From the IMG/VR virus record IMGVR_UViG_3300032244_000032, positions 1 to 30,783 of that record: a DNA stretch of 30,783 nucleotides; one strand, given 5' to 3'. The notes beneath the pieces were generated by a model, which searched no databases, was not told the origin of the DNA, and saw only the letters and a program-made list of their open reading frames with translations. Below, in pieces: positions 7,934-15,774 of this stretch; within the stretch, counting starts at the first letter, position 1; the number at the start of each line of letters is the position of its first letter. Source of the DNA: a virus (lineage: Duplodnaviria > Caudoviricetes). Both the position numbers and the translations under genes were made by a program.

Positions 7934-8200
7934 ATGACAAGCACAGAAACAATTCTCGGCTTAGCCGAGGAACTGCGAGTAATCGCAGATGAAATCGCTT
8001 ACAACGCATACGAGGACTCATCAGAGTTTCTCAAGCGTGGTACTATCGTCAAGGCTAAAGAGGTTCAGAACCGCTTTAAGCCTAAGTCAATGTGGGTTTC
8101 ACTCGGAGACGGCACATACAAGCACATCACAGGTAAGAAGGGCTTAGTTACTAAGCAGTCACGCCTTGATGGGTTTGTAGATGTGGTGTTCACCGCGTAA
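7934..8200 (+). CDS. Hypothetical protein
   Basis: GAGAGG SD; 88 aa; stop overlaps the next start. Confidence 0.75.
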   Translation: MTSTETILGLAEELRVIADEIAYNAYEDSSEFLKRGTIVKAKEVQNRFKPKSMWVSLGDGTYKHITGKKGLVTKQSRLDGFVDVVFTA

Positions 8201-8415
8201 TGAATCCAATACACCAAGAGCAGGGAACTTTTCTTGGTTGGTGGGATTTAGAAGGGTTGGTTGGTACACTATTAGAGTGTGCTGACCAACTCTCCCACTA
8301 CAATGATGAGCACGGAGACTTAACCGAACTCATAAATCGTACTCGCATAACTGCGAACGAACTTTCACCACGCATAACTGAAAGGATTGTCAATGGCACA
8401 CGAGCCACAAACTGA
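8200..8415 (+). CDS. Hypothetical protein
   Basis: TAATG coupling with the upstream ORF; 71 aa. Confidence 0.65.
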   Translation: MNPIHQEQGTFLGWWDLEGLVGTLLECADQLSHYNDEHGDLTELINRTRITANELSPRITERIVNGTRATN

Positions 8416-8545
8416 CGACCCAATCGCGCTTGACATCTATGTTGAGTGCGACGACTGCGGGATCGAACACGATAGCAGTAGAGACTGTGACGAGTTCGCT
8501 TCATCAGAACCCGATGAAATGTGGGACGATTTCTTCGACGAATAA
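8393..8545 (+). CDS. Small acidic Zn-binding protein (50 aa)
   Basis: Manual ORF MAHEPQTDDPIALDIYVECDDCGIEHDSSRDCDEFASSEPDEMWDDFFDE; GAAAGGA SD; CxxC..H..C. Confidence 0.7.
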   Translation: MAHEPQTDDPIALDIYVECDDCGIEHDSSRDCDEFASSEPDEMWDDFFDE

Positions 8546-8572
8546 AATGTCCACCAAGTAGAAAGGATAGTA

Positions 8573-8689
8573 TTGGAGTTAACTAGATTTATATTTATCT
8601 TCAGTATCATTGCCTTATTGGGTGGTGTTACTCCGCTAGGTATAATATTTTTCTTGTTCGTACTTTACATACTAGGTATAATGTTATGA
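8573..8689 (+). CDS. Small two-TM membrane protein (38 aa)
   Basis: GAAAGGA SD then TTG; MELTRFIFIFSIIALLGGVTPLGIIFFLFVLYILGIML; ATGA overlap with whiB. Confidence 0.6.
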   Translation: MELTRFIFIFSIIALLGGVTPLGIIFFLFVLYILGIML

Positions 8690-9006
8690 ATGGATTATGT
8701 ACGGGTCATAGCGACCCTAACCTATGGTTCTCAGACACATTGGAAACTCTAGGTAGTGGTCGTGTTCCTAAAGCACAAGAGATTGCTATGCTTGAACGAG
8801 CACGACAAGCACTAGCAATTTGCGATAGGTGTCCTATCATTAAGGAATGCTTAGAAGAAGGTATGAAGAGTGAGAACGTTGACTGGGGTATATGGGGTGG
8901 CACACTATCAGGTGAGCGACTCCTTATTAAAAGAATAACAGTCAAAGGTACTGATCGAATGAGAAAAGTACTATTCGCTAATAGAGTGAGGAGAGTACAA
9001 CAATGA
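8686..9006 (+). CDS. whiB: WhiB family Fe-S transcription factor
   Basis: C...DPNLWF...ICDRCPIIKEC...WGIWGGT (four Cys plus the G[IV]WGG turn). Confidence 0.93.
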   Translation: MNGLCTGHSDPNLWFSDTLETLGSGRVPKAQEIAMLERARQALAICDRCPIIKECLEEGMKSENVDWGIWGGTLSGERLLIKRITVKGTDRMRKVLFANRVRRVQQ

Positions 9007-9401
9007 AAGTAATGATTTTCTTACTGCTTATCATTGGCGCAATGCTGAAGTTCGGACAACAAGTAGATGAACCTACACCACCGATGGGAACGGTAGAGAT
9101 TCAACAGACTTGGACTGTCACGGACAGTAAGGCATACGCACAAGATAAGTTGAAAGAATGGCAACAAAAGCAGTGGTCTTGCCTTAACAGATTGTGGGGA
9201 AAAGAATCAGCGTGGAATCCTGATGCTTATAATAGCATTAAGGTAATGGGGAGAAACGCTGGTGGAATACCACAACTGTTAGGGCTTGACCCTGCTACAC
9301 CAGCAACGCGTCAGATTGAGCGTGGCTTGGATTATATTTATTACAGATACGGAACTCCTTGCGAGGCTTGGAAGTTCTTTAACGAGAAGGGCTGGCACTA
9401 A
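9003..9401 (+). CDS. Secreted or membrane-anchored lytic transglycosylase (lysozyme-like)
   Basis: N-terminal signal/TM; CLNRLWGKESAWNPDA, AGGIPQ, QIERGLDYIYYRYGTPCEAW typical of actinobacterial SLT-like domains. Confidence 0.85.
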   Translation: MKVMIFLLLIIGAMLKFGQQVDEPTPPMGTVEIQQTWTVTDSKAYAQDKLKEWQQKQWSCLNRLWGKESAWNPDAYNSIKVMGRNAGGIPQLLGLDPATPATRQIERGLDYIYYRYGTPCEAWKFFNEKGWH

Positions 9402-9625
9402 TGAGTAAAGATATAAACGATCTTGTGCCTGACTATTCTGAATCTATGGACATACGCGGTAATCCAACTCGCGTGTGTCCGTGTGCTTCAGATACTTGGA
9501 ATCTCAAGGTCAAGTTCGACGAGGACGGTGACATAGGTATGTACTTCTTAGATATGGAGTGCGCTTCCTGTGGTACACTAGCAACAGCACCAACACCTAT
9601 AGATGGGGAGATAGAAGATGCCTGA
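9401..9625 (+). CDS. Hypothetical Zn-ribbon protein
   Basis: CPC ... CASC; coupled to the upstream stop. Confidence 0.75.
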   Translation: MSKDINDLVPDYSESMDIRGNPTRVCPCASDTWNLKVKFDEDGDIGMYFLDMECASCGTLATAPTPIDGEIEDA

Positions 9626-9797
9626 CTTCTTACACGAAATTGTCAAGAAGCGCGAGACTCAGCAAGAGTATCACGGCTGGCAACAATCTATTGAACACGC
9701 TATAGGACAACAAGATATAACTGATCCTTGGGATGCGGTAATAGCACGCAATAGTGACGTTGTACATCCACGTAACGAAGACCTTGGAGGATTTTAA
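9618..9797 (+). CDS. Hypothetical protein (59 aa)
   Basis: Manual ORF MPDFLHEIVKKRETQQEY...NEDLGGF; GGGGAG SD; overlaps both neighbours. Confidence 0.6.
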   Translation: MPDFLHEIVKKRETQQEYHGWQQSIEHAIGQQDITDPWDAVIARNSDVVHPRNEDLGGF

Positions 9798-9970
9798 TGC
9801 CAACGTATGAATACCGCTGCGACAAATGTAACGCACACTTAGTACTATCACGTAACGTTAATGATAGAGATGCTACAATTGAATGTGATTGTGGCTATGT
9901 ATTTACACGTATATTCACACCACCAGCAATCCAGTTCAAAGGGACTGGGTTCTATTCGACAGGAGGGTAA
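9797..9970 (+). CDS. FmdB-family zinc-ribbon protein (57 aa)
   Basis: Manual ORF MPTYEYRCDKC...ECDCG...PAIQFKGTGFYSTGG; GGAGG SD. Confidence 0.9.
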   Translation: MPTYEYRCDKCNAHLVLSRNVNDRDATIECDCGYVFTRIFTPPAIQFKGTGFYSTGG

Positions 9971-10548
9971 TGTCACTACAAAACCTAGACGAGAAGAAAC
10001 TATTTAATCTTCTCAGAGATAATCTATACAACGATTTAGTTCACGTAACTAATGACGAGTACTCAGCAAGCGATGCGTTCTCTATTGAGCACAGTATCTA
10101 TGTTGAACTCAAGTGTCGTAGGGCCCACTACCCTGACCTTATGATTGAGAAACTAAAGTATGATAGACTTAAGGCAGAGGCAGATAAACTTGGTGTTACA
10201 CCATTGTATATCTGCTCGACACCTAATGGTATATGGGAGTTCAACCTTGATCTAATTAAGATTGATTGGTTCAACAAGGACGATCTGCCAACAACAACAG
10301 AGTTCGACAATAAAAAAAAGATAACAAAGGAGATAGGCTTAATCCTTATTGACAAGGGTAAACCTATTCTTCCTTGGTATCCTGACTATGATAGTGAAGA
10401 TCAATTCATCAATGAATCAATGACTGCCTTTGCTGAGGATATGTATGCTGACCCAGCAGAAGCAGGGCTATTCGATGATAGCCTGCTGCTAACTGATGAA
10501 GAGATACTTGCTATCGAAGAAGAAGATGAGCCATTACAATTCAATTGA
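9970..10548 (+). CDS. PD-(D/E)xK nuclease-like protein with acidic C-terminal tail
   Basis: Start revised to ATG 9970 (AGGAGG SD, TAATG coupling); E...SDAF...YVELKCR motif. Confidence 0.7.
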   Translation: MSLQNLDEKKLFNLLRDNLYNDLVHVTNDEYSASDAFSIEHSIYVELKCRRAHYPDLMIEKLKYDRLKAEADKLGVTPLYICSTPNGIWEFNLDLIKIDWFNKDDLPTTTEFDNKKKITKEIGLILIDKGKPILPWYPDYDSEDQFINESMTAFAEDMYADPAEAGLFDDSLLLTDEEILAIEEEDEPLQFN

Positions 10549-11208
10549 CTCTTCTTGTTCTTCATCTTGTTCACCCTGTGCTTCTTTGTCAGGTCGATCA
10601 ACATCTTGATAAGGTCGGAATCCACCGATCTTATTAATAAGTTTACGTACCGCTCTAGTGGCACGCATACGCACGGCATCGCTGCTGCCAGCATTTAATT
10701 CAGTAGCAATGTCTGCGAACTCCATAGATTCTGCATATCGGAGGAAGAGTAACCTTCTATCCTGGTCATTTAACTTCCGATATGCATTATCTATTTCAAC
10801 CATCATCGCCTGCAAATTTCCACCTTCTGCTGGAGCACTCGGTCTCCCTGGTCTACCGAGATTCAACTTATGAGTTACACCCCACTCGCCACGTAACACA
10901 GGTGGCAGTAGTGCTTCTACTACATCGGGTTCGTAATAATATAAATCACTTTGATCATACCCAATACTCTTAGCTTTCCAGTACTGACAGTAATCTATAG
11001 CCTTGTTCCGTAAGGAACGATAAATTAAATTCTTTGCATCCTTCTTATCGATGAGTTCCCAATCAGATAGATTGTTTGCGTGCATAGGGAACCATTCATA
11101 CAATGCTTGCTTTATATCTTCTAGTTCAACCATCTCGTACTTCTTATGGTACTCAGATGCTACGTGAACTACTATAAATTCCCAGGGTTCAATGCGTGAC
11201 CAGTCCAC
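10534..11208 (-). CDS. RNA polymerase sigma factor (sigma70/ECF-like)
   Basis: Region 2-like ELEDIKQALYEWF...LRNKAIDY; region 4 HTH LNDQDRRLLFLRYAESMEFADIATEL...AVRMRATRAVRKL. Start uncertain (GTG 11208 or ATG 11232). Confidence 0.85.
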   Translation of the reverse strand: MDWSRIEPWEFIVVHVASEYHKKYEMVELEDIKQALYEWFPMHANNLSDWELIDKKDAKNLIYRSLRNKAIDYCQYWKAKSIGYDQSDLYYYEPDVVEALLPPVLRGEWGVTHKLNLGRPGRPSAPAEGGNLQAMMVEIDNAYRKLNDQDRRLLFLRYAESMEFADIATELNAGSSDAVRMRATRAVRKLINKIGGFRPYQDVDRPDKEAQGEQDEEQEESIEL

Positions 11209-11209
11209 G

Positions 11210-11950
11210 CTACCACTTCCAAGTCTTGCCATCGACAGTGAATGATCTATTAACAATCGGTACTAGTTGTGGCACAACACTCTTGCCATCAACGTGTAAG
11301 ATACCAAAGCCTTGTTGCCACGTAAACAATCCTGCTTTAATATACTTTGCGTTCTTGTAATCCATTAAGTTGCCAAGTTCCATACCCCATACAGTCTTAG
11401 GTGTACCACCACGATACGCCTGTGTGTGGTGTGTGAGACCCATACGGTGCGTGTGTCCACAGACTACACTCATACCTGAACGCTTGGCTAAGCCCAATGC
11501 GGTGGCTCCTGCGGTAGGCTGTACGTTACCTTCATCACCGTGCATAAGTAACCAACCAGGTGCTAGTTCATATGGATCTTTGTGATACTTAATCTCAAGT
11601 TCATCAAGACCAAGGAAGTTCTCAAGTTGCAACTCAGGTAGACCTAGCAATCCAGGTGCTCGCATCGCAACTGTATTGAACAATCTATCTGTATGATTAC
11701 TACGCACCATATGTTCAACAGTCAAGTCGTAGAGTACCTGTCTCGTTGTATCACGGTCACGTCCTATTGACCGTTCAAACTCTAACTCAGTACCCTTACT
11801 CCACTTACTGATTGTCTGCATATCCATTTCATCACCACAGGATACAACTGTATCAGGCTGGTAAGCCTTAATGAATTTTGCAATTGCATTCACTGCTTCT
11901 ACGTCGTGATATGGTACCTGCAAATCTGATATGCAAACGATTGTTTTCAT
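11210..11950 (-). CDS. Calcineurin-like metallophosphoesterase
   Basis: ISDLQ, GDEMD, SNH, MHGD, GHTHR motifs. Confidence 0.9.
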   Translation of the reverse strand: MKTIVCISDLQVPYHDVEAVNAIAKFIKAYQPDTVVSCGDEMDMQTISKWSKGTELEFERSIGRDRDTTRQVLYDLTVEHMVRSNHTDRLFNTVAMRAPGLLGLPELQLENFLGLDELEIKYHKDPYELAPGWLLMHGDEGNVQPTAGATALGLAKRSGMSVVCGHTHRMGLTHHTQAYRGGTPKTVWGMELGNLMDYKNAKYIKAGLFTWQQGFGILHVDGKSVVPQLVPIVNRSFTVDGKTWKW

Positions 11951-11968
11951 TGTGTTATCTCCATTACC

Positions 11969-12049
11969 TTAGATGCCAAATATCGCACTGATTAGTGCAA
12001 GTATAGACATTAGTTCTAGTTCAAGCGATAGTAAAATTGCCAACATCAT
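11969..12049 (-). CDS. Small hydrophobic peptide (26 aa)
   Basis: Manual ORF MMLAILLSLELELMSILALISAIFGI; ATGA overlap with the upstream stop; fills the intergenic gap. Confidence 0.45.
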   Translation of the reverse strand: MMLAILLSLELELMSILALISAIFGI

Positions 12050-12417
12050 TTGTCCCACTCATCCCTAAGTACTAGCAACCCAATGATTGCATAGTTAGCC
12101 ATATCTTTTAACGTATCCTCTAAACTTTCGTGCTTAGGGTCAGCACCGCTCTCAACTAAGTTATTAAGACGAGCCAACTTATCGTGCATTCGCACACGCA
12201 ATCCATTCAACGGACCACCTGGACTCTCGCTGATATTCTTTGGGCCGTAGTCCTCGTGCTTACTAAGAAGCAATTGTTCTAACTCAAAGAAAGTTTTATC
12301 TACTGCTTCTCTGAAGCGAATATTGGAACTGTCAATGTTATAGTTAAGATGCTTGACGTCAAGTCCAAGTTCTTTATCTTGAACCCTTGATTTTTTAGAT
12401 GCCATATAATCTGCCAT
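12046..12417 (-). CDS. DUF1599 / nucleotide-modification-associated domain protein (all-alpha NTP pyrophosphatase-like)
   Basis: KHEDYG, RMHDKLARL, ESLEDTLKDMANYAII motifs. Confidence 0.8.
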   Translation of the reverse strand: MADYMASKKSRVQDKELGLDVKHLNYNIDSSNIRFREAVDKTFFELEQLLLSKHEDYGPKNISESPGGPLNGLRVRMHDKLARLNNLVESGADPKHESLEDTLKDMANYAIIGLLVLRDEWDK

Positions 12418-12423
12418 ACTTCC

Positions 12424-12759
12424 TCATTCCTTATCTTCGAGTAATTGTTTGAGTTCATTATCCAAATCCGCTACGCTAGAACTGACTATCATATCTTCAA
12501 TTGTGTCCACGATAGTTCGTGGGTCAGTCTCAGCAAGAAACAAAGTCAAGTATGTCTCTTGCGCTATGCGTTTGACATCATCAGGACTGTCAGCATAACG
12601 ATACAGACACTTAAGCAATGAACCTATCATTAACTTATACCCATTAGGTAAGATCAATGCTGGGTCAAACTCATCGTCCTCTTCGAGTAGATGGTCTGTT
12701 GCTTCAAACACATTCTCAAACTTCTCACCACACTCTGGACATTCATCTCTGTTAATCAT
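12424..12759 (-). CDS. Hypothetical protein with N-terminal zinc finger
   Basis: Start revised to MINRDECPECGEKF...DHL at 12759, overlapping the primase stop; the longer track ORF is an out-of-frame shadow of primase. Confidence 0.75.
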   Translation of the reverse strand: MINRDECPECGEKFENVFEATDHLLEEDDEFDPALILPNGYKLMIGSLLKCLYRYADSPDDVKRIAQETYLTLFLAETDPRTIVDTIEDMIVSSSVADLDNELKQLLEDKE

Positions 12760-13381
12760 CGAATCCCATTCCCATCTTCTCTCTGACATACTCTGCCCCG
12801 TGTTTGACGTAGGCAGAATTAACATCTTCACCTTCACCCATTGAGACAATGGTGACTGGTAATTCTCTTGCGAGTCCAGTTGCGAATTCTTTTCCTGGCT
12901 GATCTCCGTCTGCGAAAACAAATATTCTTTCAAAGTCCGCAAGTAATCTTGTATAATGTTTCTTCCACGAGTTAGCACCAGGAACACCAACACAAGGAAT
13001 ACCAATACACTTACTGAGAGTAAGAGTGTCCAGCTCACCTTCACATACTCCAATCCAATCACCTGCTCGTTCAATATCTAGAACGTTGTACATCTTTGTT
13101 TCAGCACCAGTCATACCCATATACTTAGGCTCAACAGCAGGGTTAAGACTGCGGAAACGAAGATCAACAACCCCAGTTTTAGTAATGTACGGGATGGCAA
13201 GTCTACCAATGAACGCTTCGTGTCCAACCTCAGGCTCCGCGACTACGCCTAATCGAGCCAGCCGTGCCACTTCCACTGTTATACCCCTGCTTTTGAGGTA
13301 ATCTTCGGCTAGATAAATGTTTTCCTGATACCGTTGAACTGCTCTCCCTAGTAATTCCTTCTGCGATTCGTTTTGCTTCAC
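12752..13381 (-). CDS. DNA primase, catalytic TOPRIM part
   Basis: YLKSRGI, RLAIPY, PKY, VCEGELD, FADGDQPG, GEDVN. Confidence 0.9.
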   Translation of the reverse strand: MKQNESQKELLGRAVQRYQENIYLAEDYLKSRGITVEVARLARLGVVAEPEVGHEAFIGRLAIPYITKTGVVDLRFRSLNPAVEPKYMGMTGAETKMYNVLDIERAGDWIGVCEGELDTLTLSKCIGIPCVGVPGANSWKKHYTRLLADFERIFVFADGDQPGKEFATGLARELPVTIVSMGEGEDVNSAYVKHGAEYVREKMGMGFDD

Positions 13382-13595
13382 GAATATCGACCCCCTCTTG
13401 TCTTGCTATAAGTTGTAGACTGTTACCTTGTACGCCACAGGCGAAACAAATAAATATATTCTCATCTAAGTTTGCAGTACCTGACTGGTGAGTATCGCCG
13501 TGAAACGGACACTTAAGATTTGTTTGTCCGTGATCTCTGCGTATGCTGGCACCGTAGTGTTCAAGCACTGCCTTGACCGAAGGCATATCATTCAC
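13230..13595 (-). CDS. DNA primase zinc-binding (CHC2) part
   Basis: CPFHGDTHQS...FICFACGVQGN; start GTG 13595 or ATG 13586. Confidence 0.85.
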   Translation of the reverse strand: MNDMPSVKAVLEHYGASIRRDHGQTNLKCPFHGDTHQSGTANLDENIFICFACGVQGNSLQLIARQEGVDIREAKRIAEGITRESSSTVSGKHLSSRRLPQKQGYNSGSGTAGSIRRSRGA

Positions 13596-13956
13596 CGAAT
13601 ACATCACCTAATCTTAAGACAAGGTACGAGTCGGATATAGATTTTCCTCGCGCTTTAATGAGGACTGCAGGGAGAACTTCTTCTCTCTTGAGATTTCTGG
13701 CTTCCGCATAATGCGTTGCTTCCAGTTGGGCTTCTCTTGTCCACCCACTAAGGTCAATGGAGTTGCCTGCACCTGGGGCTTTTGCTTCGATAATTCCAAT
13801 GCTACCAAGGAAGTCCGAACGGACAACAACATCTCCCTCATCTTTTGCACCTGTTCTTGCAAGTCGTTCAGCGTCGTATCCATTTGCTCTAAACCAGTCT
13901 TTGATGTCTGTTTCATATGTTGCTCCTCTTGCCTTATGTGATTTTCTAGTTGTCAT
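13588..13956 (-). CDS. Holliday junction resolvase (Hjc-like PD-(D/E)xK)
   Basis: GATYE...GYDAERL...DEGDVV...IIEAK pattern. Confidence 0.8.
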   Translation of the reverse strand: MTTRKSHKARGATYETDIKDWFRANGYDAERLARTGAKDEGDVVVRSDFLGSIGIIEAKAPGAGNSIDLSGWTREAQLEATHYAEARNLKREEVLPAVLIKARGKSISDSYLVLRLGDVFGE

Positions 13957-14515
13957 TTTTACGTATCCAAACTTGGTAGTCCTTGCTTAGAATTTCGTAA
14001 TCTCCAGCAGGATCTTCTAGGAAAGTATCAATAGCTGGACGTGGTGTTAGATGTGGCGGTAAGTCCTGACCCCATAGGTAATCATCAAACGCCATTATGC
14101 CACCAGGTTTTAATAAAAGCCAAGCATTTTTGGCATCTTTAGCAACCTGTTCAGCAGTATGGTCGCCATCAATGTAAATAAAATCAAACTTGATTTCATT
14201 CTTGCCAGCAAAGAACTCATCGCTAGTCATCTTTAGGCGCACAATGCTTTGATATACCCCAGTGCGTGTCTCATAATACTTAAGCACTTTATCAAAATCA
14301 ATCTGGCTGTGTTTAGATTCTTCCGACCCAGCCCAGGTATCAACGTCATATAAGTAGGATGTTTTGTTTCTTAATATGTTTTCACATAACCATACGCTAG
14401 CATCGCCAGTGTACACACCTATCTGAAGAAAGCGTAGATTAGGTTGACCTTTTAGGTGCAGCAAATGATTCTCGAAGTTATACTTCTGACTATCAAACCA
14501 GTTAGGAAATACCAT
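13946..14515 (-). CDS. Class I SAM-dependent methyltransferase (Methyltransf_24-like)
   Basis: LQIGVYTGDAS, VDTW, FDFIYIDGDH, LKPGGIMAFDDY. Confidence 0.88.
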   Translation of the reverse strand: MVFPNWFDSQKYNFENHLLHLKGQPNLRFLQIGVYTGDASVWLCENILRNKTSYLYDVDTWAGSEESKHSQIDFDKVLKYYETRTGVYQSIVRLKMTSDEFFAGKNEIKFDFIYIDGDHTAEQVAKDAKNAWLLLKPGGIMAFDDYLWGQDLPPHLTPRPAIDTFLEDPAGDYEILSKDYQVWIRKNDN

Positions 14516-15297
14516 TAGACGTTCTCAGGTATATCATCAATGAACATATACTCAGGGTTGAAAGCAACCCAAGTCATAAGCGTTCCGTTTGCGTCTGCTT
14601 TTCCGTATCTGTTTTTGACAGGTGCAACACCCATTGAAGTTCCAACAACGCCAAGTGTGCATATAAGAGCTGGAAGTTGAGCGACCTTACCCTGGATAGC
14701 AGAGCGTGGCTGGCACGGAGACCCAGTAACAGCCTCAGAAGTATGATGGAGAACAACGACAGCCGCATTCGTAGCACGTGCAAGGTACTTCAACTCCTTC
14801 ATAATCGCACGCATAGATGCGAATTCTTCGCCACCATCGGTGGCTACGTCCATTAAATTATCTACAATAATAAGTGTTGGTGCACATCCCCATAGTTCTT
14901 CAAAGGCTTGTACTTCTTCATCAATATCTTGTAATGTTGGTGCTGATTCAAATGACCATACGATATGGCTACCCCGTGCAAGTGTTGCACGTGTCCAACC
15001 TTGGTCAGTATTCATTAAACTTTCTACATCGCTCTGACTCTTACCTGAAATCATAGATGCTAGGCGCATAGCCATTGTATGTGCATTGGTATCTGCTGAT
15101 ATGTAAAGAGTTGGAACTTTCATCTTTAGTGCTAACGCTAATGCAAGGGTAGACTTACCTACACCTGGCGCTGCTGCAAACATTGATACTTCAGATCGCC
15201 TGATAATAATCTTGTTGTTTTCAAAGGCCTTAAAGCAACTAGGTAACGGCTCTCCACCGATACTGGCACGACCAACACTTCTGACAAGCGTACGCAT
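14515..15297 (-). CDS. DnaB-like replicative helicase (RecA fold, no N-terminal domain)
   Basis: Walker A AAPGVGKST, Walker B IIVDNL, VVLHH, VKNRYG. Confidence 0.88.
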   Translation of the reverse strand: MRTLVRSVGRASIGGEPLPSCFKAFENNKIIIRRSEVSMFAAAPGVGKSTLALALALKMKVPTLYISADTNAHTMAMRLASMISGKSQSDVESLMNTDQGWTRATLARGSHIVWSFESAPTLQDIDEEVQAFEELWGCAPTLIIVDNLMDVATDGGEEFASMRAIMKELKYLARATNAAVVVLHHTSEAVTGSPCQPRSAIQGKVAQLPALICTLGVVGTSMGVAPVKNRYGKADANGTLMTWVAFNPEYMFIDDIPENV

Positions 15298-15318
15298 TTC
15301 TCCCCCTCTCTAAAGAGA

Positions 15319-15359
15319 AGTCGCAGCCACCGATTTGGTGTAATACGGTGACCACGACT
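15319..15359 (-). promoter_or_regulatory. 14-bp RNA hairpin upstream of helicase
   Basis: AGUCGUGGUCACCG/CGGUGGCUGCGACU pairs fully only on the minus strand (three G-U pairs), followed by UCUCUUU. Confidence 0.5.
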
Positions 15360-15383
15360 CATCTTACATTAGTTCTTGTTGTA

Positions 15384-15773
15384 CTAGTTGACTGGCTTGC
15401 ATTGGTCTGGCGTCCCCTGTGGAGTTGGACACGCCCAGAATGCGTATGGCTTTCCTGTCGTCTTGCTCACTCCTTGACGGAAGATCCGTGCTCCGTGTAC
15501 GCAAGTCGGTGAAGCGGTACCTGTAACTGGCGACACTGGGGTTGGAGCGGAGGAGATGGATGGCGCTGTGTTTTGAGTTGAAGGCGTGGTCCCCAAAGGG
15601 GCTGTGTTGTATGCACCAACAACTAACTTCTGAACTGCAGCAATCTGCACAGAGTAGTCGCCGATACCTTCTAGCAATACACTGAGTTCATCAGCGGTAT
15701 TAGCACGGACATTGATCATATCACCCGACGGTGTCTTGTATGATACTTGTAACTTCCAGTCTTCTGTTGCCAT
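15384..15773 (-). CDS. Hypothetical protein with C-terminal Zn-ribbon (replication/recombination module)
   Basis: Pro/Thr/Ser linker then CVHG...GKPYAFWACP...QC; lies between exonuclease and helicase. Confidence 0.75.
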   Translation of the reverse strand: MATEDWKLQVSYKTPSGDMINVRANTADELSVLLEGIGDYSVQIAAVQKLVVGAYNTAPLGTTPSTQNTAPSISSAPTPVSPVTGTASPTCVHGARIFRQGVSKTTGKPYAFWACPTPQGTPDQCKPVN

Positions 15774-15774
15774 A

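Noticed and set aside
12760-13074. N-terminal extension of ORF 12424-13074
   Set aside because: It lies out of frame inside the primase gene; the coupled start at 12759 is more plausible.
13946-14515. DNA methyltransferase
   Set aside because: It lacks DPPY/NPPY or PC catalytic motifs; IDGDH and AFDDY match Methyltransf_24-type enzymes.
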